This document shows positions 19,949-29,361 of a stretch of DNA of 64,000 nt, piece after piece. The position numbers were made by a program, and so were the translations under genes. Source of the stretch: an uncultured Gemmatimonadales bacterium (GTDB taxonomy: Bacteria > Gemmatimonadota > Gemmatimonadetes > Longimicrobiales > RSA9); assembly GCA_963708135.1 (NCBI GenBank), contig OY970192.1, forward strand, positions 5,088,001 through 5,152,000, read 5' to 3'. The notes under the pieces are model-generated. The model worked only from the letters and a program-made list of their open reading frames with translations, did no database searches and had not been told where the DNA came from. Numbering within the stretch: position 1 is the stretch's first letter; each line of letters starts with the position of its first letter.

Positions 19949-20859
19949 CCTTCGATCACTACGCCGCCTTGGCGGACCAGCGGACGTGCCCGCGCTCAGT
20001 GTCGAAGCCGGGCGGGTTCGCGTCCGGGTTCGTGGACGGCTGCACCGTATGGTCGGGAACGGAAGCGGAGAAGAACAACGCGCGGCGTTGCTACCTCAAA
20101 CATCTGGATGGCGCCGCTTCGCTCGCGCCCCCCCCGGAGCTGAAGCTCGCTTCCGATTTCACCGCGCTCCCCGCCCCGGGCTGGATCGGGATCGAGGTCG
20201 ACTTCAAGCTCGAAACGCCGTGGTATTCCAGGGATGACCGGCGCTTCCACGTTTTGGACAACCCGGTGCGTAAGGACCGCGTCTTCGGCGTGCCCTTCAT
20301 GGCGGCGGCGAGCTGGAAGGGACTCCTCCGCTGGGCCTGCAGGATGCGTGCGGGTCTGCTCGAGCACCTGGCGTCGCAGGGCGGCAAGCTGGCCGGGTGG
20401 GACGAGCCCGAGTGGATCGTGCACCTGCTCGGCAACGAGAAGGGTGAAGGCGAGTCGTTCCAGCGTGGTGCGTTGGCGTTTTACCCGACGTGGTTCGACC
20501 GGCTCGGCTTTGAGGTCATCAACCCGCACAGCCGCCGGACGCGGGCGGGCACGCAGCCCATCCACTACGAGGTCGTACCGCCGGGCGCGACCGGCGTCCT
20601 GCAGCTACTGTACGCACCGTTCGTCGGCCGAACCGCCCAACCTGCCGGTCACGGGCTGATTGATCTGATCGGCTCCATCGAGGACCTGCTCGAAACGTAC
20701 GGCATCTCGGCCAAGCGCACGGCAGGTTGGGGCACGGCGACCGCCACCGCGTGGAAAGCGTTCCGGGTTGGAGAGCCCGGAATCCAAGCGGAGAACGCGT
20801 CGGACCTCGCGCGGCAATTGGAGCCCTGGCTGGAATCAACGGAGCGCGGCTATGGCTGA
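19945..20859 (+). CDS. cmr6: Type III RAMP Cmr6-like
   Basis: PWYSRDD..F..LDNPVRKDRVFGVP, SWKGLLR, EVINPHSR, YGISAKRTAGWG. Confidence 0.8.
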   Translation: MTFDHYAALADQRTCPRSVSKPGGFASGFVDGCTVWSGTEAEKNNARRCYLKHLDGAASLAPPPELKLASDFTALPAPGWIGIEVDFKLETPWYSRDDRRFHVLDNPVRKDRVFGVPFMAAASWKGLLRWACRMRAGLLEHLASQGGKLAGWDEPEWIVHLLGNEKGEGESFQRGALAFYPTWFDRLGFEVINPHSRRTRAGTQPIHYEVVPPGATGVLQLLYAPFVGRTAQPAGHGLIDLIGSIEDLLETYGISAKRTAGWGTATATAWKAFRVGEPGIQAENASDLARQLEPWLESTERGYG

Positions 20860-23581
20860 GTTTGCGCCCGCCGCGACACTCCGCGACCACCGCTCGCTGC
20901 TCTTGTCCATGGAGGCTGTGGGGTGGCTGCACATGACCGGCAAGTGCCGCCTGGCGTTCCTGCGCGAGCACGGCGGACAGGGGTCGGGCTACGACGACCT
21001 CCGCTGGTTCGAGAACGAGAGCCCGCCGTTCCCGTGGGACGAACTGCTGGGCTGGCTCAGGACGCGGTACGCGAACGCAAACGGCACTGCGCTCCCGTGG
21101 CCGGGCACGCTCACCGGTTTCCTGACTCGGCACCGGGGTCGGAACGCGGGACTCCTAGGTCTGCTGCAGGCGGGCCATGGCATTGCCTCCGGCATCGAGA
21201 AGAACATGCCTGCCGCGGCAGCGAAATATCTCCAGCAGGATGCCACGCACATGTGGCTCTCCTCGGCCTTCGGACGCCCGGTGCGCAATCTGCTCGCGGA
21301 TCCGCCCGGGTCGTTGAGCCAGGCAGGCTGGGCGCGGTTGCTCGAGGAGATGCAGCGCATCCTACGAGACCTCCATCAGCTCGGCTCCGCATCCGCCACG
21401 GATCTCGGCTCGTGGTCAACCTGGCGCGAAGATGCCATCGGCGCCGGGAGCGTCCTCCGGCACGCGTTCGGCTCCACGCTCGCGGAAACCCGCCTCCCGA
21501 ACAATGAGGTCACGCTCTGGGATCAGTCCTACGTCGCCGCGGCGCTGTTCAAGAGCGCCCTGGCCAGTGCCCTGCTCGACGGTAGGTCCTTCCCCTGGAA
21601 TGACGCGGCAATCAAGAGCCAAGTCCGCTGGCGGCTGCTGACGGTCGGGATCGGAGCGGATCACTTCGAAGCGCGGGCCGTGCGCATCGGCGACTGGACT
21701 GGGGCACGGCTGGCGCTCGACCGCTTCTTCGGAGGCGTGCGACGACTCGTCGAAGTCGACCTGGCGGTGGGCTCGTTGCTCTACGCCGACGGCGGCGTAC
21801 TCGTGTTCTCGTTTCCTGGCGAGCGCACTGATGGCGCTGGCGCTGTGGATGCATCCGGGTGGACGGATTGGCTGCAGGAGGCCGTGGACCAGTCCGCGCG
21901 CGGGCTCGCGCTCGAGCTGCCGCCGTATGTGCGCCTGACCGAATCGACGCGCTCGCTGGTCCCGATGACGCGGGAGATCGCGAACGCGCGAAGCGTTCTC
22001 ACCATTCCCGTGCACCGCGCGTGGGACGTCACCGGATCCGGCGAGACCGGCCACGTGTGTCCCGTGTGCCTCGTGCGCCTGAACGGCGCGCCCACCGACA
22101 AGCAGAAGCCGTGCGCCACCTGCCGCGAGCGCCGAACCCACCGGCTCGATGCCTGGCTCGGGGGCGAGCAAGGGGACGACACGATCTGGATCAGCGAGGT
22201 GGCGGACCAGAACGACCGTCTCGCCCTCCTTACGCTGAGTCTCAATATTGAGCCGTGGCTGGACGGCAGTCGGCTGGATGCGCTGCGTACCCAGGCAGTG
22301 TCCGAATGGCGCCGTCACAACCCGACGCTCGGAGGGAGCTCCAACCCGATTGATTCCGCTAAGCCGTTTGCAAGCCTCGCTGCATACATACAGGGGACCC
22401 TCGGAAGCTTCGACGCGAACAATCCGGTGCTCAGGAGTCTGCAGGAAGGCTATCAGCACGACACCGGCTGGGAGACGTTCTTCCAGAAGGTGGTCGAGGA
22501 CCGCGCGGACGCGCCTCTCTGGAACTCCCTGGATGACCATGGCAGGGCCCGCTGGCTCCTGCATCAGCTCTTCTGCAAGCTCGCCTCTCCTGGTCGCGTT
22601 CACCGCTTCTGGCGGCAGGCGGAGGGCTTCTTCGCCAACCTGCTGGCCGAATTCCGGCAACTAGCAGCGGCGGACGCGAACCGCTGCCGCGTGCGGCGGC
22701 TCGTGCTGACGCCCGGCGCAGACGGCGACCTCTCCGTGTGGCGAGACCGCGAGGTCTACAACGGCCGGGTCGGCGAAGCGCCGCTCAGCCTCCTCTACCG
22801 TGGCCAGAGCCAAGACTTCCTCACGGTCTGCAACCTGGCGCGCCTGCTGCGTGCGGAGGAGGACGGCGAGGCGCTGGTCCGGCGCTCGCAGGAAGGGATC
22901 GAGCTCCGCGGCGGCGACAGCGACCTGCCGGTCAGGTTCCGGATCGCGAGTGTGGAGCCCGCAGATGGCCGAGCCGGCGTCTACCATCCAGTCATCCCCC
23001 TGGAACTGAGCCCGTTGCGCTTCCGGGTGCTGCTTCCGCTCTCCGCAGCGTCGGCCTGCGTCGAGTGCGCGATCGGCATCTGGAACGACGAGATGGCCCG
23101 CGTCTGGGACCGTCTCCCCCTCCGCGCCGGCATCGTTGCCTTTCCACGCACGGTGCCGTTCCAGGCGGTGATCGAGGCTGCCCGCTCCCTCGAGCATGCT
23201 CTGGAAGAGCAGCCGGCGGAGGAGACGTGGCGCGTCACCGAGCGTGACGCCCGCGACGGGATCGTCGCGTTCCGACTCGTTCGTCGCGACGGCGGATCCG
23301 AGCTCCGCTCGATGCCGGTCACGTTACCGGACGGCCGGCGCGATGTGTTCTACCCGTACTGCCGCGTCGAGGATGGGGCAGTGCGCACCGCGCTCGACTT
23401 CCAGCATCCGGACGGCCAGACCTTTCGCCACGCGCTCGACCTGCGCCCTGGCGACGGCATCGTCGTGGCGCCGTCCCGCATCGCCGGTGTCTTTCTCGAC
23501 AGTAGCGCGCGCCGCTTCGACGAGGTGCAGGTGCGCCCGCTGGCGGAGTGGACGCGGATGCGCTGGTGGGCAGAGCCGTGA
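20852..23581 (+). CDS. cas10: Type III-C Cas10 (Csx11), C-terminally truncated
   Basis: AETRLPNNEVTLWDQS, CPVC...CATC zinc motif, IWISEVADQN, ASPGRVHRFW, DLRPGDGI..PSR. Ends abruptly inside cmr4 sequence. Confidence 0.8.
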   Translation: MAEFAPAATLRDHRSLLLSMEAVGWLHMTGKCRLAFLREHGGQGSGYDDLRWFENESPPFPWDELLGWLRTRYANANGTALPWPGTLTGFLTRHRGRNAGLLGLLQAGHGIASGIEKNMPAAAAKYLQQDATHMWLSSAFGRPVRNLLADPPGSLSQAGWARLLEEMQRILRDLHQLGSASATDLGSWSTWREDAIGAGSVLRHAFGSTLAETRLPNNEVTLWDQSYVAAALFKSALASALLDGRSFPWNDAAIKSQVRWRLLTVGIGADHFEARAVRIGDWTGARLALDRFFGGVRRLVEVDLAVGSLLYADGGVLVFSFPGERTDGAGAVDASGWTDWLQEAVDQSARGLALELPPYVRLTESTRSLVPMTREIANARSVLTIPVHRAWDVTGSGETGHVCPVCLVRLNGAPTDKQKPCATCRERRTHRLDAWLGGEQGDDTIWISEVADQNDRLALLTLSLNIEPWLDGSRLDALRTQAVSEWRRHNPTLGGSSNPIDSAKPFASLAAYIQGTLGSFDANNPVLRSLQEGYQHDTGWETFFQKVVEDRADAPLWNSLDDHGRARWLLHQLFCKLASPGRVHRFWRQAEGFFANLLAEFRQLAAADANRCRVRRLVLTPGADGDLSVWRDREVYNGRVGEAPLSLLYRGQSQDFLTVCNLARLLRAEEDGEALVRRSQEGIELRGGDSDLPVRFRIASVEPADGRAGVYHPVIPLELSPLRFRVLLPLSAASACVECAIGIWNDEMARVWDRLPLRAGIVAFPRTVPFQAVIEAARSLEHALEEQPAEETWRVTERDARDGIVAFRLVRRDGGSELRSMPVTLPDGRRDVFYPYCRVEDGAVRTALDFQHPDGQTFRHALDLRPGDGIVVAPSRIAGVFLDSSARRFDEVQVRPLAEWTRMRWWAEP

Positions 23582-24290
23582 CGGCGGCGGACACTGCGGT
23601 GAGCCGGACTGTCCGATCTGCACGGTTTTCGGCTTCGCCCGTGGCAACAGCGGCGGCTTCGCCGGGTTGGCGGCATTCAGCGACGCGCACGTGCTCCTGT
23701 TTCCGGTCGCCACGCGGGAGGGGCCCGTGTGGATCACCTGCCCGGGCGCGCTGCGCGGCCTGAGCGCGCTGAGCGAGCTGCCCGATATCAGCGAGAACGC
23801 AGTCCTCCGCGCTGGCAACGCCACAGGCTCGTTGAACCTCGGCTGGCTCGTCCTCCCCGTGAAAGGCCGGAACGGCGAGTGGGCGAGCGTGGATACCGAG
23901 CTCGGTGCGCTCGGTGTACCGGATCACGTTAAGCGGACCTGGGCGATCATCTCCGACAAGGTCTTCTCGCACGTCGTGAACAGCAATCTGGAGGTCCGCA
24001 CTTCGGTCTCGATCGACCCCGAGACCGGTGCCGCGGAGGGAGGTGCGCTCTTCACCTATGAAGCCCTCCCGCGCGGGACGGTGCTCGTGTGGCAGGTCAC
24101 GTGCCGGCACCCCGGGCATTTCCGGGTCGGAAAGAGCGACGTGAGTGCCGTTGCCGATGCAGGGGTGGTTCATAGCGTCGTCGGCGAAGGGCACGGCTAT
24201 CTCGAATTCCTGGGCATCGGCGGGATGGGCACCCGTGGCATGGGGCGCTTACGGGTCCTGAATGCTGCGGCAGGCGAGGGAGGCACGTGA
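23556..24290 (+). pseudogene. cmr4: Cmr4 RAMP lacking its N-terminus
   Basis: CAG...HCGEPDCPICTVFGF, DAHVLLFPV, NLEVRTSVSIDPETGAAEGGALFTYEALPRG, GIGGMGTRGMGR; no start codon or N-terminal motifs. Confidence 0.8.
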
Positions 24291-24655
24291 TGGAGAACCT
24301 GGACCTCAGGTGCGCGGAGCTCGGCGCGACGCTCGCGGGTGCCCACGGCGTGGAGGAGAAAACCCTGACGGACGCGCTGGCGGTTCTTGAGGAGCAGGGC
24401 GTCTATGCCTTCTTCCTCTACCTGAGCGCGCCCGGAAGAAATGGCGGAGGTGAGGTGTCCCGAGCGTGCCATAAGTTCCTGCAGCAGGAGCCCAGCGACA
24501 AGGCGCTCCTGCCTGCGGGCGGCGATGTCCTCAGGAGCGTCCGCGAATCGCTCGCGAACGAGCTCGACAACCTGCTCCTCGCGAGGGACCTGTTGCGCCA
24601 GGCTCTGGTCTACGGCCGCTATCACGCCAAGGCCGAATCCCGGGGTATCCGGTGA
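24287..24655 (+). CDS. cmr5: Type III small subunit Cmr5 (Cas11)
   Basis: NLDLRCA, ALAVLEEQGVYAFFLYL, LLRQALVYGRYHAKA; position between cmr4 and cmr3. Confidence 0.75.
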   Translation: MMENLDLRCAELGATLAGAHGVEEKTLTDALAVLEEQGVYAFFLYLSAPGRNGGGEVSRACHKFLQQEPSDKALLPAGGDVLRSVRESLANELDNLLLARDLLRQALVYGRYHAKAESRGIR

Positions 24656-25530
24656 TTTGGAAGCTGTACCGTTGGGTTTGGCAGCTCGAAGGGCCCCTGT
24701 ACGTGGGTATGGCGCCCGCTGGCGTGCTGAACCGGTGTCGGCTCTACGCGCCTGCCCGTGCGGTGTGGGGCGCGCTCACCTCTGAGCTAGCCCGCACAAC
24801 GGCGACGGGTTTTCCCGAATACGAGGGCGTTGGCAGAATGCTTCAGGAGAGCGCACGCTTCACGTACCTCTTTCCGGCCGAGCCGGTCGAGGGTGATTGG
24901 CGAGGCTGGCTTCCACACTATGCCACCGAACACGGGCTCGAGTGGAGACGCGAGGACCTGCCGAATGACCCCGGCAAGAGAGTGCCGGACCGCACGTTTC
25001 GCCGCCGGCTGCTCGACACCCGTGCAGGGACCGCAATCGAGCCGGAGACAGACACTGCCGCCGATGGCAGTTTGAGAGAAACGGAGTGCTTGGGCGCCAT
25101 GTGGCGGCGGAACGGAGCCGGAGGGGAGCCGTCTCCGGCTGCGCTCGTGGGCTATGTCTTTCTGCGTGACGGCGATGGTCGGTTGCGCGTTGAAGCGATC
25201 GATACACTCTTCCTGGGTGGAGACACGCGCTACGGGCTTGGGCGGGTTCGCCTGGTTGAGTGCGACGTGGCGAATGGGGTTTTCGGAAATGAGACGAGGG
25301 TCTCAGCGGGCACACCCGCGATCGTCAGCGCGGCCGTCCTGGCGCACGCTTCGAGCGGTGAGGATCTCATTGGTGCGTTGGAGCGGGTGGCAGGATGGGA
25401 TCGACTGAAGGCGAGCAGGGTCACTCATTTGAGTAGCTCGGTCGCGTGGACGCCTGGTTCCAGTTGTCGCCACGGCGAACGGAGAATTTGGCGGGTGCGG
25501 GGTGACGGAATCTGGCAGCCAGGACAGTAG
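24652..25530 (+). CDS. cmr3: Type III Cas5-group RAMP Cmr3
   Basis: PLYVG, RLYAPARAVWGALT, TAIEPETDTAADGSLRETE, LGGDTRYGLG. Confidence 0.75.
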   Translation: MIWKLYRWVWQLEGPLYVGMAPAGVLNRCRLYAPARAVWGALTSELARTTATGFPEYEGVGRMLQESARFTYLFPAEPVEGDWRGWLPHYATEHGLEWRREDLPNDPGKRVPDRTFRRRLLDTRAGTAIEPETDTAADGSLRETECLGAMWRRNGAGGEPSPAALVGYVFLRDGDGRLRVEAIDTLFLGGDTRYGLGRVRLVECDVANGVFGNETRVSAGTPAIVSAAVLAHASSGEDLIGALERVAGWDRLKASRVTHLSSSVAWTPGSSCRHGERRIWRVRGDGIWQPGQ

Positions 25531-25686
25531 GGTTGTACCGTTCGCCTCTCAGACCGTCACGCCCGTCGGTGGACGGCGTACCCGAGTGACGCGCGGTGGT
25601 CAACCGGCACGCCGATCCTCTTCGACCCGCACATACCGGCACACATACACGTCTGAGGGTGATCCGCCAACGTCTTCGAGAATGAC

Positions 25687-26007
25687 ATGATCGACATCGA
25701 CCAACGCGTACCTGAGATCGTACAACGCCTCACCCGCGTCAGCCGGCCGGACCGTATCATCCTGTTCGGCTCGGCCGCCATGGGCAGGATGACGGCGGAC
25801 AGCGACATCGACGTGCTGATCGTGGAGCCGGAGGTCGAGGACGCACGGTCGGAGAGCCGGCGGCTCCGGGAGGCACTGGCAGGCCTCGGCATCGCGATCG
25901 ACGTAATCGTGATCAGCACGGAGCGCTTCGAGGAGACGAAGGGCGTGATTGGAGGAATCGCGTACCCGGCGAACAAATACGGGAAGGTCATCTATGAAGC
26001 CGCCTGA
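25687..26007 (+). CDS. Minimal nucleotidyltransferase (MNT)
   Basis: IILFGSAAMG...DSDIDVLIV. Confidence 0.9.
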   Translation: MIDIDQRVPEIVQRLTRVSRPDRIILFGSAAMGRMTADSDIDVLIVEPEVEDARSESRRLREALAGLGIAIDVIVISTERFEETKGVIGGIAYPANKYGKVIYEAA

Positions 26008-26425
26008 AGATGTCAGGCGCGAGTTCGTCCGGGATTGGATCGACAAGGCCGAACGGGATCTCGGCGCCGCTCGGCACCTGCTTTCCGGGATGGAATGGCT
26101 GGCGGCGGGCGCGGCGTTTCACGCGCAGCAAGCGGCCGAAAAATACCTGAAGGGCTTTCTGGTCTGGCATCAGGTCGAGTTCCCGAAGACCCACGACATC
26201 GCGCGCCTGCTCGAGCTGATCGGAGCGGTAGATCGGCAGCTTGCGGCATCGCTGCCCAATGCCACAAGTCTGAGCGCGTACGGAGTGGATTACCGGTATC
26301 CGGGTGATTACCCCGAGGTGTCAGCGGCGCAGGCCCGCCAGTGTGTCGAAGTCGCGAGCGCCGTTCGGGAAAAGGTGCTTGGTCAGCTCCCACGCCTAAC
26401 GGCTGAGGAGGAAGAAAGCCGGTGA
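25994..26425 (+). CDS. HEPN domain protein (MNT-HEPN pair)
   Basis: WIDKAERDL, FHAQQAAEKYLKG, PKTHDI, YRYPG. Confidence 0.9.
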   Translation: MKPPEDVRREFVRDWIDKAERDLGAARHLLSGMEWLAAGAAFHAQQAAEKYLKGFLVWHQVEFPKTHDIARLLELIGAVDRQLAASLPNATSLSAYGVDYRYPGDYPEVSAAQARQCVEVASAVREKVLGQLPRLTAEEEESR

Positions 26426-29361
26426 CCCCACTCCCCTCCTTCCCCGACTTCTTCCGCGCCCTCTGGACCTACGACCCGTTCCCGTGGCAGTCCATGCTCG
26501 CGGAACGCGTTGCCGCCGGCGCATGGCCGGCCGCGCTCGACCTGCCCACGGCGAGCGGCAAGACGGCGTGCATCGAGATCGCGCTCTACGCGCTCGCGGC
26601 GCAGGCGGAGCAGCCGACCGCCGAGCGCACGGCGCCGCGGCGCGTCTGGTTCGTGGTGGACCGGCGCATCGTCGTGGACGAGGCGTTCGATCGCGCGACG
26701 CGGCTCGCCGGGAAGCTGGCGGACGCCACGAGCGGGTCCCTGAAGAGCGTCGCCGATCGGCTGCGGGAGGTTGCAGGAACGGAGCGGCCCGTGGCGGTGG
26801 CGCGGCTTCGGGGCGGGGTGTTCCGCGACGACGGATGGGCGCGGCTGCCGTCGCAGCCGGCGATCATCACGTCGACCGTGGACCAGCTCGGCTCGCGGCT
26901 CCTCTTCCGCGGTTACGGCCACGGGCTGCTCGCGGCGCCGATCTACGCCGGCCTGGCCGCGAACGACAGCCTGATTCTGCTCGACGAGGCGCACTGCTCG
27001 GTGCCGTTCCTCCAGACGCTGCGCGCGGTCGAGCGCTTCCGGGGCCCGGACTGGGCCGAGGCCCCGCTGGTCACGCCGTTCGCCTTCGCGATCCTGTCCG
27101 CGACGCCTCCCCCGGACATCCCGGCCGAGTCGGTCTTCCCCGGCGCGGATCGCGCTGCGGCGCTGGATCACGACGTGCTGCGCCAGCGGCTCCGCGCCTC
27201 CAAGCCTGCCGAGCTCGTCGTTGTGAAGGCGAAGAGAGGCGCCGCCGCGGATCCGTTGATCGCCGCGGCGATCGAGCGTGCGCTGGGCCACGTCGGGGAG
27301 GGAAAGCGCCGGATCGCGGTGATGGTGAACCGCGTCCGCACCGCCCGCGATGTCGCCGAGGGGCTCGAGGACACGCTCGGCGGGGATGCCCATGTTGTAC
27401 TCCTCACCGGCCGCCTACGTCCCTTCGACCGCGATGCGCTCGTCGAACGGTGGACCCCGTTCCTGAAGGCGGACAGGCCGGAATCGGCGGCCAAGCCGAT
27501 CGTGCTGGTCTCGACCCAGTGCCTCGAGGTCGGTGCGGACTTCAGCTTCGACGCGCTGGTCACCGAAGCCGCGAGTCTGGATGCGCTGCGGCAGCGCTTC
27601 GGCCGTCTCGACCGGATGGGCACGGCCGGAACTTCGCCCGCCAGCATCCTCGTGCGTGAGCGAGATGCGGAACCCGGGAAGGCGGAGCCGGACCCGATCT
27701 ACGGCGCCGCGATCGCGAACACGTGGACGCTGCTCGAGGCGCACGCGGTCGATGGCAGAGTCGACTTCGGAGTCGAGCCGCTGGAGGCGATGCTCGGCGG
27801 CCTCGAGGACCTGGGCCCCTGCCTCGCGCCCGCGCCTGAGGCGCCGGTGCTGCTGCCGGCGCACCTCGACCTGCTGTGCCAGACCGCGCCGGCCCCGGTG
27901 CCCGAACCGGACGTGCAGCTCTTCCTGCACGGGAAGGATCGCGGGGCGCCGGAGGTTCAGGTCACCTGGCGCGCGGACCTGGACCCGGAGCAGCCGGCGA
28001 GCGTCTGGATCGAGACCGTCGCCCTGTGTCCTCCCGTCAGCGGCGAGATGCTGTCGGTGCCGCTGTACCAGCTTCGCGCTTCCCTGGGCCACGGCGAAAC
28101 AGCGCCGGACACTGGCGACGTCGAGGGTGTTCCGGCCCCGGATGAAGCCGCAGCCCGGGGCGCCCGACCGTTCCTCCTCTGGCGCGGGCGCGGCCGTGAT
28201 CGGTCCCGTCGGACGCGTGATACGCGGCTGATCCGTCCCGGGGATGTCGTCGTCATTCCGGGATCGTACGGCGTGGGCACGCTCGGGCAGCCGCCCGTCA
28301 AGGAAGGAATCGGGCCGGACGGAATCGACCTCTGGGAGCGCGTCCTGGGGCCGGCGGGCCAGCGGTCCGCCATGCGTCTCACGCGTGCGACGCTCGCGCG
28401 CTGGTTGGGCTGGCGGCCGGTGGCGGACCTGCTCGTCGCGGTCGAGGATCCCGAGCCGGACCGGGATGAGATCGCAGCGCGAATCGCCGCGGTGGTCGCT
28501 GACCAGCCCGGGGGCGGCGAGGATGTTGCCGCGGCCCCCCCGCAATGGTGGCGCGAGCTGCTGCGGACCGTCCTGGCCGGCCGCCTGGAGGTGCACCCCG
28601 GGGGTGGGATCATCCTGTTCGCCCGCGCCAGGCCGAAACGCACCGAGGAGCCCGACCTCTTCGCGGATGACGATGACCTTGCGTCGGCGACCGGGGTCGA
28701 GGTACCGCATGACCTCCACGCCGATCTCGTCGCGCGGACCGCCGGAAGAACCGCGCGGCTGTGTCTCCCGGAAGCGCACGTTGCCGCACTGGAAAGGGCC
28801 GCGGACTGGCACGACACGGGCAAGCTCGACGAGCGTTTCCAGGTCATGCTCCACCAGGGAGATGAGCTGGCTGCGCTGCAGGCAACGGCCCCCCTCGCCA
28901 AGTCCGCGTGGATTCCCACATCTCCGGCGCACCGCCGGGAGATCCGGGAAGCCGCGCGGCTCCCCGACGGTTTTCGGCACGAGATGCTGTCCTTGGACCT
29001 CGCAGACCGGTTCGCGCCAGGGCTCGAGGGTGAGCACACGACGGACCTGTTGCTGCACCTCGTCGCGAGTCACCACGGACATGCCCGTCCCTTCGCGCCG
29101 GTCGTCTCGGACCCTGATCCGCCTCCGGTGATGGGCACGCGGCGCGATGTCGCCTTCGAGCTGAAGGCCGCCGAGCGCCGCGATCTGCCGCCCGCGCACC
29201 GGCTGGACTCCGGCGTGGCAGACCGGTTCTGGCGCCTCGTTCGGCAGCACGGGTGGTGGGGCCTCGCCTATCTCGAAGCCATTCTCCGGCTGAGCGATTG
29301 GTACGCGAGCGAGTTCGTTCCTGCTGAGCTGAAGGCTTCGGGCGAGGAGGAGGCCGCGTGA
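26422..29361 (+). CDS. cas3: Type I-G Cas3 helicase with C-terminal HD nuclease
   Basis: PFPWQ, PTASGKT, VVDRR, DEAH, QRFGRLDR, HDTGK, FRHE, HHG, GWWGLAYLEAILRLSD. Confidence 0.95.
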   Translation: MTPLPSFPDFFRALWTYDPFPWQSMLAERVAAGAWPAALDLPTASGKTACIEIALYALAAQAEQPTAERTAPRRVWFVVDRRIVVDEAFDRATRLAGKLADATSGSLKSVADRLREVAGTERPVAVARLRGGVFRDDGWARLPSQPAIITSTVDQLGSRLLFRGYGHGLLAAPIYAGLAANDSLILLDEAHCSVPFLQTLRAVERFRGPDWAEAPLVTPFAFAILSATPPPDIPAESVFPGADRAAALDHDVLRQRLRASKPAELVVVKAKRGAAADPLIAAAIERALGHVGEGKRRIAVMVNRVRTARDVAEGLEDTLGGDAHVVLLTGRLRPFDRDALVERWTPFLKADRPESAAKPIVLVSTQCLEVGADFSFDALVTEAASLDALRQRFGRLDRMGTAGTSPASILVRERDAEPGKAEPDPIYGAAIANTWTLLEAHAVDGRVDFGVEPLEAMLGGLEDLGPCLAPAPEAPVLLPAHLDLLCQTAPAPVPEPDVQLFLHGKDRGAPEVQVTWRADLDPEQPASVWIETVALCPPVSGEMLSVPLYQLRASLGHGETAPDTGDVEGVPAPDEAAARGARPFLLWRGRGRDRSRRTRDTRLIRPGDVVVIPGSYGVGTLGQPPVKEGIGPDGIDLWERVLGPAGQRSAMRLTRATLARWLGWRPVADLLVAVEDPEPDRDEIAARIAAVVADQPGGGEDVAAAPPQWWRELLRTVLAGRLEVHPGGGIILFARARPKRTEEPDLFADDDDLASATGVEVPHDLHADLVARTAGRTARLCLPEAHVAALERAADWHDTGKLDERFQVMLHQGDELAALQATAPLAKSAWIPTSPAHRREIREAARLPDGFRHEMLSLDLADRFAPGLEGEHTTDLLLHLVASHHGHARPFAPVVSDPDPPPVMGTRRDVAFELKAAERRDLPPAHRLDSGVADRFWRLVRQHGWWGLAYLEAILRLSDWYASEFVPAELKASGEEEAA

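Noticed and set aside
18962..25530. cOA signalling from Cas10 to the nearby HEPN proteins
   Set aside because: Cas10 lacks GGDD, and the HEPNs are MNT-paired with no CARF/SAVED domain.
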